Positions 37,342 through 45,878 of a DNA stretch of 48,115 nt are shown here, piece by piece. Position 1 is the first letter of the stretch. Every line of letters starts with the position of its first letter. This DNA comes from Thermoproteota archaeon (GTDB lineage: Archaea; Korarchaeota; Korarchaeia; Korarchaeales; Korarchaeaceae), in the NCBI GenBank assembly GCA_027491395.1, contig JAOZFI010000050.1, positions 1 through 48,115 on the forward strand. The letters run 5' to 3'. The position numbers and the translations under genes were made by a program. A model generated the notes under the pieces. That model was not told the origin of the DNA. It did no database searches and worked only from the letters and a program-made list of their open reading frames with translations.

Positions 37342-38409
37342 ATGAGGGTAAGCTATCAGAACATCTTGGCCATTGTCATCGTGCTGACGTCCGTGGGTCT
37401 CGGCCTCCTAGTCTCCTTCAGCAGCAAGGGTGTTGCCATACAGATCTATGCAGGGGAGCTGGACAGGCAGCTCAAGGAGGGAGTAGTGGCCGTCATGTTC
37501 TGGAGCGAGACCTGCTCCTCCTGCGAGTTGATGAAGCCCTACTGGATGCAGGTGGAGGCCTCTCCGCCCGAGGACGTCCGCGTGATGGATGTGCCCCTCG
37601 TTCCCGGGGAGACTGACCGGCTCTTCATGGAGTACGGGGTCACGGAGACCCCCACCTTCTTAGTCCTCAGGGAGGGCGCCGTGGTGGCCAAGATCGTGGG
37701 CCCGGTTCAGTCCGACGACCCGGCCCTATACTTCAGGAGATGGATAGAATCAGCTGCTAAGATGGCGAGTACCTCCGAAGAGCAGGTCACGGGATGGGAA
37801 CCGGCCACACTTGCCCTTCTCCCATTCTTGGGTGCGCTGGTCGCCCTATCTCCCTGCTCGGCGCCTATAGTCGCTGCCTACGCCACCATGAGGAGGGTGA
37901 GGGGGAAGGGAGATTACGCTGTCTGTCTGGGATCCTCGTTCTTCGGTACAATGGTTTTGGGTTCTCTCATGGTCGTTGCCGCTTCCTTCGTGGCGGGCCT
38001 CATCAAGGGATTGACCTTCGCCCTAGCCGTGGCCGCCATACTTTTCGGGTCGCTCACCATCTTCACTGCCTCTGAATCCTGTCCTTTACCGGGCCAGAGG
38101 GTGAGAGGGTTACTATCATCCGGCCTACCAGCGGCGTGCTTCAGCTTCGGTCTGGTATCCCTTCAGTGCAGCCTGCCCTTGCTCGCTGGCTACATAGCCC
38201 TCATAAGCGCGACCGGTGATGTGCTCGGCGGGGTAGCGGGCGTGGCTCTGCTCGCCCTAGGCATGGCAGCCGCGCTTGTCGCCTCCCTCTACTTGGCGAA
38301 GAGGGCGACCGGAGCCTTCTCCAAGGCCATGAAGAACCCCGCTTGGCTGGAGAGGATAAGCGGTGGTATTCTCGTAGCCTTGGGCATCTACCTCCTGCTT
38401 GTGGGGTGA
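37342..38409 (+). CDS. thioredoxin-CcdA/DsbD fusion (thiol reduction for cytochrome c maturation)
   Basis: FWSETCSSC..P and YGVTETPTF thioredoxin; CcdA-like TM domain with SPCSAP and QCSLP. Confidence 0.8.
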   Translation: MRVSYQNILAIVIVLTSVGLGLLVSFSSKGVAIQIYAGELDRQLKEGVVAVMFWSETCSSCELMKPYWMQVEASPPEDVRVMDVPLVPGETDRLFMEYGVTETPTFLVLREGAVVAKIVGPVQSDDPALYFRRWIESAAKMASTSEEQVTGWEPATLALLPFLGALVALSPCSAPIVAAYATMRRVRGKGDYAVCLGSSFFGTMVLGSLMVVAASFVAGLIKGLTFALAVAAILFGSLTIFTASESCPLPGQRVRGLLSSGLPAACFSFGLVSLQCSLPLLAGYIALISATGDVLGGVAGVALLALGMAAALVASLYLAKRATGAFSKAMKNPAWLERISGGILVALGIYLLLVG

Positions 38410-38413
38410 ACTC

Positions 38414-41400
38414 ATGCATTACACGGGATTGATAGCTCTTATGGGCGGCGCGATCCTCCTCGCCGACCTCGCTTACTCCTCGATCAAGAGGAGGATCATC
38501 AAGCTCGGACTCGTGGCCTACGCGATCCTCCTCGCCGACTGGCTCCTCTACGTGTGGGCCTTTGTGACTCAGGACTACACGCTCAAGCCCGTCTACGAGA
38601 CATCTTCCATAGGGCTCCCCCTCATGTTCAAGATAGCCTCGAGCTGGTCCAGCGGGGGCGGGAGCCTCTTCCTCCTGACCACGGTCCTGACCACCGTGGC
38701 ACTCATCCACAGGAGGTACCACAGGGATACAATGCTGAACGCCGGATACGGCGCACTGATAATCTCATCCCTAGCCCTGGCGTTCCTGAACGGTGCATTC
38801 GAGTCCTTCCACGGTGATGTGGCGACCGGCATGGGGCTGAATCCCCTGCTGAAGAGCCCTTGGATATATCCTCATCCCCTCTCGACCTTCACAGCCTACG
38901 CCTTGATCGCTGCCTCAGCCGTCTCCCTGTACAGCGGGCACGAGAAGGCAAGTGATCTACTGGCTAGGACCGGATGGCTCCTACTGACCTTGGGTATAGC
39001 TATAGGGGGCTACTGGAGCTACGTTACCTTCGGATGGGGTGGCTACTGGGCTTGGGATCCGGTGGAAACGGCTGAGTTGACTCCTTGGCTTGCCCTAACT
39101 GCGGCATTCCACGTCAAGTCCCTAGACAGGAAGCTCTCCTACGCTACTCAGATGGCCGCAGCGGGTAGCGTCTTCTTGGCTATACTCGTCACCAGGGTGG
39201 GCATCTCTCCCCTCCACAGCTTCGCCTCCCCCCAGTCCATGACCAGCGCTTTAACGCTTCTATTAACCTTCCTCTTCATAGCCGAAGGCATAAGAGGATC
39301 TCGAGGGGCTGGTATCGGGATAGGGAAAGTGACCTCCAGCCCCTACAGGACAGGACTCGTCCTCTCTTACTTCTCTCTGTTTATGATGTTCTTGGTGCTC
39401 TTCTCGGTGCTTGCTGGCGGGTCCATAGGCAGCGTCTTGGGTATGAGGGTCGATGTTCCACAGATGGACTCCGGTATAGAATTCTTTCACCAGTTACTTT
39501 TCCCCTTCGCCCTCCTGCTCATGGTCTCCCTCCCGATGTGTACCATAGGGGCGAGACTCGGATGGAGGGAGATACTGGGTGTCATTGAGGGCCTCTCAAT
39601 AGTGTCAGCTATCCTGCTCTACCTGGCCTTCAAGAGGGACATCATATGGTCACCGGCTAGCTCGCTCACCACGAACCTCATCATATCCATAATGCTTCCC
39701 TTCACCGTAGCTGGCCTCTTCTCAGGGCTGGCGGCCCTCTACATCTACGCTAGGGACAGGTTGAGTACCATGTCCTCGGTGTCGCTTCTGCATGCCGCCA
39801 TGGCCCTCACGATGCTCGGCGTACTCATGAGCGGACCCTTCGCCTACAACAGATCCTACTTCAGGGATATCACACTCCCCTACTATCGGGAGCTGGATGT
39901 GGACGGATTGGGGATGAAGCTTAAGGGATACGAGTACAGCCTCTACGGCGGTAAAGTGGACCTCTATACCCCCTACGTTGGGAGATCGGACATATACAGG
40001 AGGGCGAGCCTTACCATGCTCTCCTTGGCGATCAACTTCGGCGATGCCCTACGGGAGATGAAGGAGGGAGAGAAGCGACTGGAGGAGACCGGCATCCTAG
40101 GGATATATAGGGACCTCAAGGGGGGTGTCAGGATGAGTGGGAGCTACAGGGCCAACGCCAGCGCCGTCTTGACTGAGGTGAGCAATGCTTCCAAGGAATC
40201 CAAGGATTTGGGCGAGGTGTCCGTCTCCGTCTCGGATCCCGTGATTGCGTCCTTCTTGGGCGCCAGTGCTAATGAGACCACCCTCAGGATGATAGTAGTG
40301 GGAAACGTGACCCTCGGAGGGAACCTGACCTCGATTAGGGCCTCCCCAGCCGTGATGATTAACCTCACCTTCCAAAGACCCCTAATCCTGAACGCTCCCG
40401 AGGGGACGGTGGAGATAGGGAGGGCATCCATCGTATTCTTCGACATGCTGAAGCAGGGTCACTCCCTACCCAAGAACCTCAACGGCACCATAGTGGCCCC
40501 AAACTCGACTCTCGTGATAGAGAAGGGCGTTTATCACGGAGAGAGGGATGTGGAGATACCGGCAACCATTAGAGGGAGGGACGTGGTCCTCTACGTTGCG
40601 TTCACCCAAGGAACAATCTCCTCCGATGTCCTGAAGATACTCGAAGATCACGGTCTGTCCAGACTGCTTACCAACGAGACATTCGCCTCTAAGCTGTTGA
40701 GTGACCTGCTTCCAGGGAACTGTAAGGAGCTCGTCCACGAGCGTCAGGGGGCGGCCATCAACTGCCTAGGATACCTCCCAATACCGAAGGAGCTGCCGGA
40801 GGGTGCGAAGCTCTCCCTCACATTGGAGGCCGGAGACTCGGAGGAGCTTCTGGAGATAAGGTTCGATGCCAACGGCGAGGCTCAGGGCATCCACGGCCTA
40901 GTCGCCCACGTGCTGACCCTACCTAGCGGTCTGGGCGACCTTTACATGGTGTTCCATCCTCCCGTCGTCAAGGACAGGAAGTGGAGCATAGGCTTCCACG
41001 AGCTAATGGTTTACTACCTCCACGAATCGTTCAGGGGGCTTAACGAGGAGCAGAAGCTTGCCTTAGCTTCTCTCTTCGCCTCGGCTTACTTGGGTCAGTC
41101 CGTCCAAGAGGAGATGATGCTGCCCTACACGTTGGACCTCTACGATCTGGCCCACCGCTTCGATCCCTCTAACTCGACCCTCATGACCTCGGGCGCGTTC
41201 CTTCAGGTGAAGGTGATACCGTACGTCCAACTGCTGTGGTGGGGGATAATCCTAATGGCCCTTTCAGAGCTCTACCTGATCATAGAGGGGATGAGGAGAT
41301 CCAGAACGACCTCAGCCCCCGAGGAACAGCAGACCAACTTGAGCCGGGAGCCAGAGGGAGATGGGAATGGTGAGCCCGGGGAGGGACCTCCCGGCCCTGT

Positions 41401-41422
41401 AAAGGACCCAGAGAGTCAGTAG
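38414..41422 (+). CDS. ccmF: cytochrome c heme lyase CcmF with large extracytoplasmic insertion
   Basis: GLNPLL..HP, WSYVTFGWGGYWAWDPVE, TRVG..LHSFA, LLHAA, terminal PYVQLLWWG; about 1000 aa. Confidence 0.9.
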   Translation: MHYTGLIALMGGAILLADLAYSSIKRRIIKLGLVAYAILLADWLLYVWAFVTQDYTLKPVYETSSIGLPLMFKIASSWSSGGGSLFLLTTVLTTVALIHRRYHRDTMLNAGYGALIISSLALAFLNGAFESFHGDVATGMGLNPLLKSPWIYPHPLSTFTAYALIAASAVSLYSGHEKASDLLARTGWLLLTLGIAIGGYWSYVTFGWGGYWAWDPVETAELTPWLALTAAFHVKSLDRKLSYATQMAAAGSVFLAILVTRVGISPLHSFASPQSMTSALTLLLTFLFIAEGIRGSRGAGIGIGKVTSSPYRTGLVLSYFSLFMMFLVLFSVLAGGSIGSVLGMRVDVPQMDSGIEFFHQLLFPFALLLMVSLPMCTIGARLGWREILGVIEGLSIVSAILLYLAFKRDIIWSPASSLTTNLIISIMLPFTVAGLFSGLAALYIYARDRLSTMSSVSLLHAAMALTMLGVLMSGPFAYNRSYFRDITLPYYRELDVDGLGMKLKGYEYSLYGGKVDLYTPYVGRSDIYRRASLTMLSLAINFGDALREMKEGEKRLEETGILGIYRDLKGGVRMSGSYRANASAVLTEVSNASKESKDLGEVSVSVSDPVIASFLGASANETTLRMIVVGNVTLGGNLTSIRASPAVMINLTFQRPLILNAPEGTVEIGRASIVFFDMLKQGHSLPKNLNGTIVAPNSTLVIEKGVYHGERDVEIPATIRGRDVVLYVAFTQGTISSDVLKILEDHGLSRLLTNETFASKLLSDLLPGNCKELVHERQGAAINCLGYLPIPKELPEGAKLSLTLEAGDSEELLEIRFDANGEAQGIHGLVAHVLTLPSGLGDLYMVFHPPVVKDRKWSIGFHELMVYYLHESFRGLNEEQKLALASLFASAYLGQSVQEEMMLPYTLDLYDLAHRFDPSNSTLMTSGAFLQVKVIPYVQLLWWGIILMALSELYLIIEGMRRSRTTSAPEEQQTNLSREPEGDGNGEPGEGPPGPVKDPESQ

Positions 41423-42079
41423 GATACCTGCATCAAGGGCTGCCAAGGGTAAGATGGAGAGGTATGTGGGAAGGGACCTGAATGAGACCGCTGCAGCCAT
41501 GGAATAGCAGAACACATCCCCCATCCCCATGGAGACATCTCCGTGGAACACCATTAGGGGATCCAAGGGATCCTCTTGGGAGACCATCAGGAGCTCGCTC
41601 AACGGTCCCCTGAAGACTGAATAAGCATCGTATAGGGCGAGACCCCCGAGGAGGAAGTATATGAAGAGGTCATTGAAGAAGACCACGAAGAGGTAGGCTA
41701 GCGAAGCTGAGAGGAGTGACTTAGCCAAATTACCTATCAGGTCCCTGCGAAAGCTCAGCCAAGCGATTGCAACTGATATGAGTAGCTCTAGGGGCCAAGG
41801 AAATGATATGAAGGCGCTTATAAGGGTGTCCAAGGAGACAAGCGTCGAATAAACGAAGAAGATACCTATCATTATCCGTATAAGCCGAACCATCTTCCTT
41901 CTGACCAAGTAAACCATCAGGACGGCCATACCGAATACCAGCACTATGTAGACTAGAGAGAGGCCAGCAGACTCTTGAACAGATAGTTCGACTTCCGGCT
42001 GGGGTCTAGTGCTTAACACCACTAGTCCAGCAAATATCTCGGCCAGAAGAGGCCAGAGAATAACAGAATACCTTTCCAC
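41312..42079 (-). CDS. presenilin/SPP-family (GxGD) intramembrane aspartyl protease
   Basis: LYDAYSVF, MGMGDV, LPGL (PAL equivalent); GTG 42079 with GGAGG RBS. Confidence 0.87.
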   Translation of the reverse strand: MERYSVILWPLLAEIFAGLVVLSTRPQPEVELSVQESAGLSLVYIVLVFGMAVLMVYLVRRKMVRLIRIMIGIFFVYSTLVSLDTLISAFISFPWPLELLISVAIAWLSFRRDLIGNLAKSLLSASLAYLFVVFFNDLFIYFLLGGLALYDAYSVFRGPLSELLMVSQEDPLDPLMVFHGDVSMGMGDVFCYSMAAAVSFRSLPTYLSILPLAALDAGILLTLWVLYRAGRSLPGLTIPISLWLPAQVGLLFLGG

Positions 42080-42187
42080 CGCTAACCCTCCTTCCTCCCT
42101 ATTACCTGTCCACTTGATGACCACAACTGGCCAAGAGGTTTAAATTTCTTTACAAGAGAGTAGGAGCTGACAGGGTGCTTAAAAAAT

Positions 42188-43198
42188 ATGAAGGAGGAGG
42201 TAGTGGCTGCCGAAAACCTCAGAAAAAGCTACGAAACATACCTTAGGAGGGGGCTGTTCAATAGGGAGAGGAAGGTCGTGGAGGCCCTGAAGGGAGTTTC
42301 CTTCCGCATATACCGGGGCGAGGTATTCGGGCTGCTCGGACCCAATGGAGCTGGAAAGACGACCACTGTGAAGATACTCAGCACCCTCCTCCTGCCCGAT
42401 TCGGGAGTGGCCACGGTCTTGGGATACGATGTCGTCAAGGAGGCTGTCGAGGTGAGGAGGAGGATAGGTGTCTCTCTAACCGTGGAGAAGGGTTTCTTCT
42501 GGAAGCTGACAGGAAGGGAGAACCTGATGTACTTCGGCATGCTTTACGGCATGGATGGAGCGGAACTCAAACAGAGGGTTCAGAAGATGCTGGAACTAGT
42601 AGGACTGGAGGAGCTGGGTTCATCGGATAAGCTCTACGAGGAATACTCTCTCGGTATGAAGGCTAGGCTGAGCATAGCGAGAGCCCTGCTCACCGATCCC
42701 GAGCTGCTGATACTCGACGAACCCACCCTAGGACTGGATCCCCCATCGGCGAGGCTGTTGAGGGAACTCCTGATAAAGGTGGCCCATCAAGAGGGGAAGA
42801 CCGTCCTGATTACGACGCACAACATGTTCGAAGCCGAGATAATGTGCGATAGACTGGCCATAATAAACGAAGGAACTATAGTGGCCATGGACACGGTAGA
42901 GGGCTTGAAGAAGCTCGTATCCGATGAGATAACCCTCGAGATGCTGGTCGTGCTGCCAGCCAGGGTCAGCCTCAAGCAGCTCAGGGAGGAGATATCCGAA
43001 GTGGTATCCAGCAGGGTGGAGGTCGATCCGATGGAGGAGGGCACTAGGATTAGGGTCGTCATGAGGCCCTTAGAGAAGGAGCAGGCCACTCAAGAGATGC
43101 TCAGGAGGTTACACTCCATGGGGTGCTCCGTGAGGAGGATAGAGGTGAAGGAGCCCACCCTAGAGGACGTCTTCATTGAACTCACGGGAGGAAACTGA
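42188..43198 (+). CDS. ABC-2 type exporter ATP-binding subunit
   Basis: GPNGAGKTT, YSLGMKARL, LDEPTLGLD, TTHNM, EPTLEDVF. Confidence 0.93.
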   Translation: MKEEVVAAENLRKSYETYLRRGLFNRERKVVEALKGVSFRIYRGEVFGLLGPNGAGKTTTVKILSTLLLPDSGVATVLGYDVVKEAVEVRRRIGVSLTVEKGFFWKLTGRENLMYFGMLYGMDGAELKQRVQKMLELVGLEELGSSDKLYEEYSLGMKARLSIARALLTDPELLILDEPTLGLDPPSARLLRELLIKVAHQEGKTVLITTHNMFEAEIMCDRLAIINEGTIVAMDTVEGLKKLVSDEITLEMLVVLPARVSLKQLREEISEVVSSRVEVDPMEEGTRIRVVMRPLEKEQATQEMLRRLHSMGCSVRRIEVKEPTLEDVFIELTGGN

Positions 43199-43199
43199 T

Positions 43200-44012
43200 A
43201 TGGGGCTGTGGACCCTCCTGAAATCGGGGCTGGTTCTGGACATATACTTCTTCAAGAACAACAGGGCCCAGCTGGTCTCTATGTTTGCCTGGCCCTACAT
43301 ACTCCTGGCGCTCATGCTAGGGATGGGATTCCTATTCGGGTCCGCGGAGACCTTCAAGTCCAACGTGGGCGTCGAGGCAGATCCCGTGGTGTTCTTCGTC
43401 GCCTCCACGCTGATAGCAATGGCCTCCTTGTCGGTTATGTGGGAGGTAGGGGGTACTGTCCTCTACCACAGGTGGATAGGGACCCTCCCATACGTGCTGA
43501 TCGCTCCCTACAGGACATCCATAACGCTGGTGATGTCTTACATACCCAGATACCTCCTCTGGTCCTTCATGCAGCTTTCTGAATTCGTTCCCGTGCTCAT
43601 ATGGAGAGAGGGCTTGGTTGGAGGGCTGGCCGACACGCTGGTGATGGGCCTGGCCATCGTCATAGGGATGCTGCCCCTGCTGGGCTTCGCGGCGATATTC
43701 GGTTCCTTCCTCCTAACGATAAAGGAGGAGACTAACGTACTCAGTTGGCTCAACCCCATAATTCTGATACTGTCAGGAGCCTTCTACCCTGCCTATCTAT
43801 TCCCGATCTGGGCTAGGTTCCTCTCCATGCTCCTACCGACCACCTACACGTTCGAGCTCGCCCGTCTCTCATCACTAGTCGGGGCGCCGAAGCTCGCTGA
43901 AATGACATTCTTGATAGCCGTGCTGCTGGGAATGTCCTTCCTTTACAACGCTCTGTCATTCACCCTCATGGGTAAGGCTGAGAAGAGGGCCCTGAAGAGC
44001 GGGGCGGTGTGA
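43200..44012 (+). CDS. ABC-2 type exporter permease
   Basis: 6 TM; RWIGTLPY, LSGAFYP, LPTTY. Confidence 0.88.
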   Translation: MGLWTLLKSGLVLDIYFFKNNRAQLVSMFAWPYILLALMLGMGFLFGSAETFKSNVGVEADPVVFFVASTLIAMASLSVMWEVGGTVLYHRWIGTLPYVLIAPYRTSITLVMSYIPRYLLWSFMQLSEFVPVLIWREGLVGGLADTLVMGLAIVIGMLPLLGFAAIFGSFLLTIKEETNVLSWLNPIILILSGAFYPAYLFPIWARFLSMLLPTTYTFELARLSSLVGAPKLAEMTFLIAVLLGMSFLYNALSFTLMGKAEKRALKSGAV

Positions 44013-44015
44013 TCT

Positions 44016-44804
44016 ATGTGGGTGAAGGTGAAGGCGGTAATCTGGCTCCACACCCTGAGGCTGTGGAGGTACGGGATGAGCTTCATCAACATGATACTCT
44101 CTCAAGTACTCTGGATCCTCCTCTTCATAATGGGCGTCCTCCTGTTCGTACCTCCCGAGCACCTGACCGTCGCACTGAGGATGGCCTACTGGACCATCGC
44201 AGCTTGGAGCGTAATATCCAGCTTCTCCTCACTGGTGGGGGGATGGACCTCCTTCTTCATTCTCATGGGAATGGTCGAGGAGCACCTGCTAAGGAACACC
44301 TCTCCCTTCACCACGATCATCGGGAGGGTCCTCACAGGGACCACAGTTTCCTTCGCCATAATGATAGCAATGGGTTACGCCTTCAGCTGGATATTCGGTA
44401 GGGTGCTCATGACCGTCGAACGGCCCCCTCTAATTCTCATGGCCTTTGCTCTGCTCATCGTGGAGAGTCTTTCATACGCTCTCTCTATATCGGCCACCTC
44501 CATGAGGACGAGCATATCCGAGCAGTTCTTGGAGATACTCAACTTCGGAATAATAGGGCTGCTGATAATTCCCGTCAGTGTCCTGCCTGAGTATGCTAGG
44601 CTGATCTACCTAGCGATCCCGTATGTGGCGCCAACATACATGATCAAGGTTTCCGTGGGTGGTGAGAGCCCCATCCTCATGAGGGAAGCAGCCCTGATCA
44701 GCGTTATTGAGTCGATATTGATGGCCTTCATCGCGCTCAGACTCATAAGATCTGTGGAGGAGCATATAAGGAGGAAGGGGGTTAGGGCGGTTGGTTTCTG
44801 GTGA
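44016..44804 (+). CDS. ABC-2 type exporter permease
   Basis: 6 TM; IPVSVLPE, IPY; operonic with previous genes. Confidence 0.82.
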   Translation: MWVKVKAVIWLHTLRLWRYGMSFINMILSQVLWILLFIMGVLLFVPPEHLTVALRMAYWTIAAWSVISSFSSLVGGWTSFFILMGMVEEHLLRNTSPFTTIIGRVLTGTTVSFAIMIAMGYAFSWIFGRVLMTVERPPLILMAFALLIVESLSYALSISATSMRTSISEQFLEILNFGIIGLLIIPVSVLPEYARLIYLAIPYVAPTYMIKVSVGGESPILMREAALISVIESILMAFIALRLIRSVEEHIRRKGVRAVGFW

Positions 44805-44839
44805 TGTAAACGTTTTAAATCCAAGATGGGTGACTGGAT

Positions 44840-45313
44840 ATGTCCGAGCTGACCGAGGGTTCTGAAGCACCGGATTTCTGCCTGCCCGATCAAGACGGAC
44901 AGGAGGTCTGCCTGGGCGAGTATAGGGGTAAGTGGGTGATCCTGTACTTCTACCCAAAGGACAACACGCGCGGGTGCACTCAGGAAGCCAAGGACTTCAC
45001 CACCCTAATTGAGGAGTTCGAGAGGCTAGGAGCCGTTGTGCTGGGAGTTAGCCCGGACTCCGTGAAGAGTCATAAGAGGTTCCAAGATAAGCACGGACTG
45101 AGGGTCAGGCTTCTCAGCGATCCAGGGAAGGAGGTGATTAGGAAGTATGGAGCGTGGGGTAAGAAGAAAATGGCGGGTAGAGAGTACTTCGGGGTTATCA
45201 GGAGCACCTTCCTCATAGATCCTGAAGGCAAGGTGAGGAAGGTGTGGCCCAAGGTGAAGGTGAAGGGACACGCTGAAGAGGTCTTAAACACCCTCAAATC
45301 CCTCATTTCCTAG
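44840..45313 (+). CDS. bcp: peroxiredoxin, BCP/PrxQ family
   Basis: APDF, LYFYPKDNTRGCTQEA, GVSPDSVKSH, RSTFLIDPEG, KVKGHAEEVL. Confidence 0.93.
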   Translation: MSELTEGSEAPDFCLPDQDGQEVCLGEYRGKWVILYFYPKDNTRGCTQEAKDFTTLIEEFERLGAVVLGVSPDSVKSHKRFQDKHGLRVRLLSDPGKEVIRKYGAWGKKKMAGREYFGVIRSTFLIDPEGKVRKVWPKVKVKGHAEEVLNTLKSLIS

Positions 45314-45878
45314 CCACTAGGAGGTAACTCCCCATGCCCCCCTCCCTAGCCTTCTCTATCACCAAACCCAAGCCCACAACTATATCCTTGATCTGATCTA
45401 ATGAATAGAAGTCCGAGGAGATACCGAACAACCTCTCAACCACCCTCAACAGCTTAGTCGTAAGCTTGCTCCCGTCGAAATCGAACACCGCTAGCAACCC
45501 ACCATCTCTGAGTACCCTCACTCCTTCCTTCAGGGCCTCGATCCTGCCGGGTATGTGGTGAAGGGAATCGAAGAAGTAGACCAGATCGAAATAGGAATCC
45601 CTGAAGGGAAGACTGGAGGCATCTCCCACGACGATGTGGACCCTCGAGGAGCCAAGCCTCTCCCATGCCTTCTCTGCCATAGCCCCCTCGATCTCTAGGA
45701 GGAAGGCCTCATCTACATAGGGGGATATCAGCTCTACTGCTATCCCATACCCGGCCCCGACGTCAAGGACCCTCCCCGCCCTCCCCTCCCTCACCAGTTC
45801 CACTAGGGGTGTATACAATCCCTTCACCCTAGGTGTGGAGTAAACCAGCCTATACGCTAGAGGCTCCCTGTCTCTCAT
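45303..45878 (-). CDS. class I SAM-dependent methyltransferase
   Basis: VLDVGAGYG, GDASSLPF, FDLV, LHH, RVLRDGG. Confidence 0.9.
   Translation of the reverse strand: MRDREPLAYRLVYSTPRVKGLYTPLVELVREGRAGRVLDVGAGYGIAVELISPYVDEAFLLEIEGAMAEKAWERLGSSRVHIVVGDASSLPFRDSYFDLVYFFDSLHHIPGRIEALKEGVRVLRDGGLLAVFDFDGSKLTTKLLRVVERLFGISSDFYSLDQIKDIVVGLGLVIEKAREGGMGSYLLVARK

Noticed and set aside
11417-41320. Several proteins end in Gly-Gly (IAGG, GTGG, PAGG, ATGG, FLGG), suggesting a ubiquitin-like or sorting tag
   Set aside because: Most cases coincide with the G-rich RBS of the next gene overlapping the stop, and the proteins are unrelated with no beta-grasp fold
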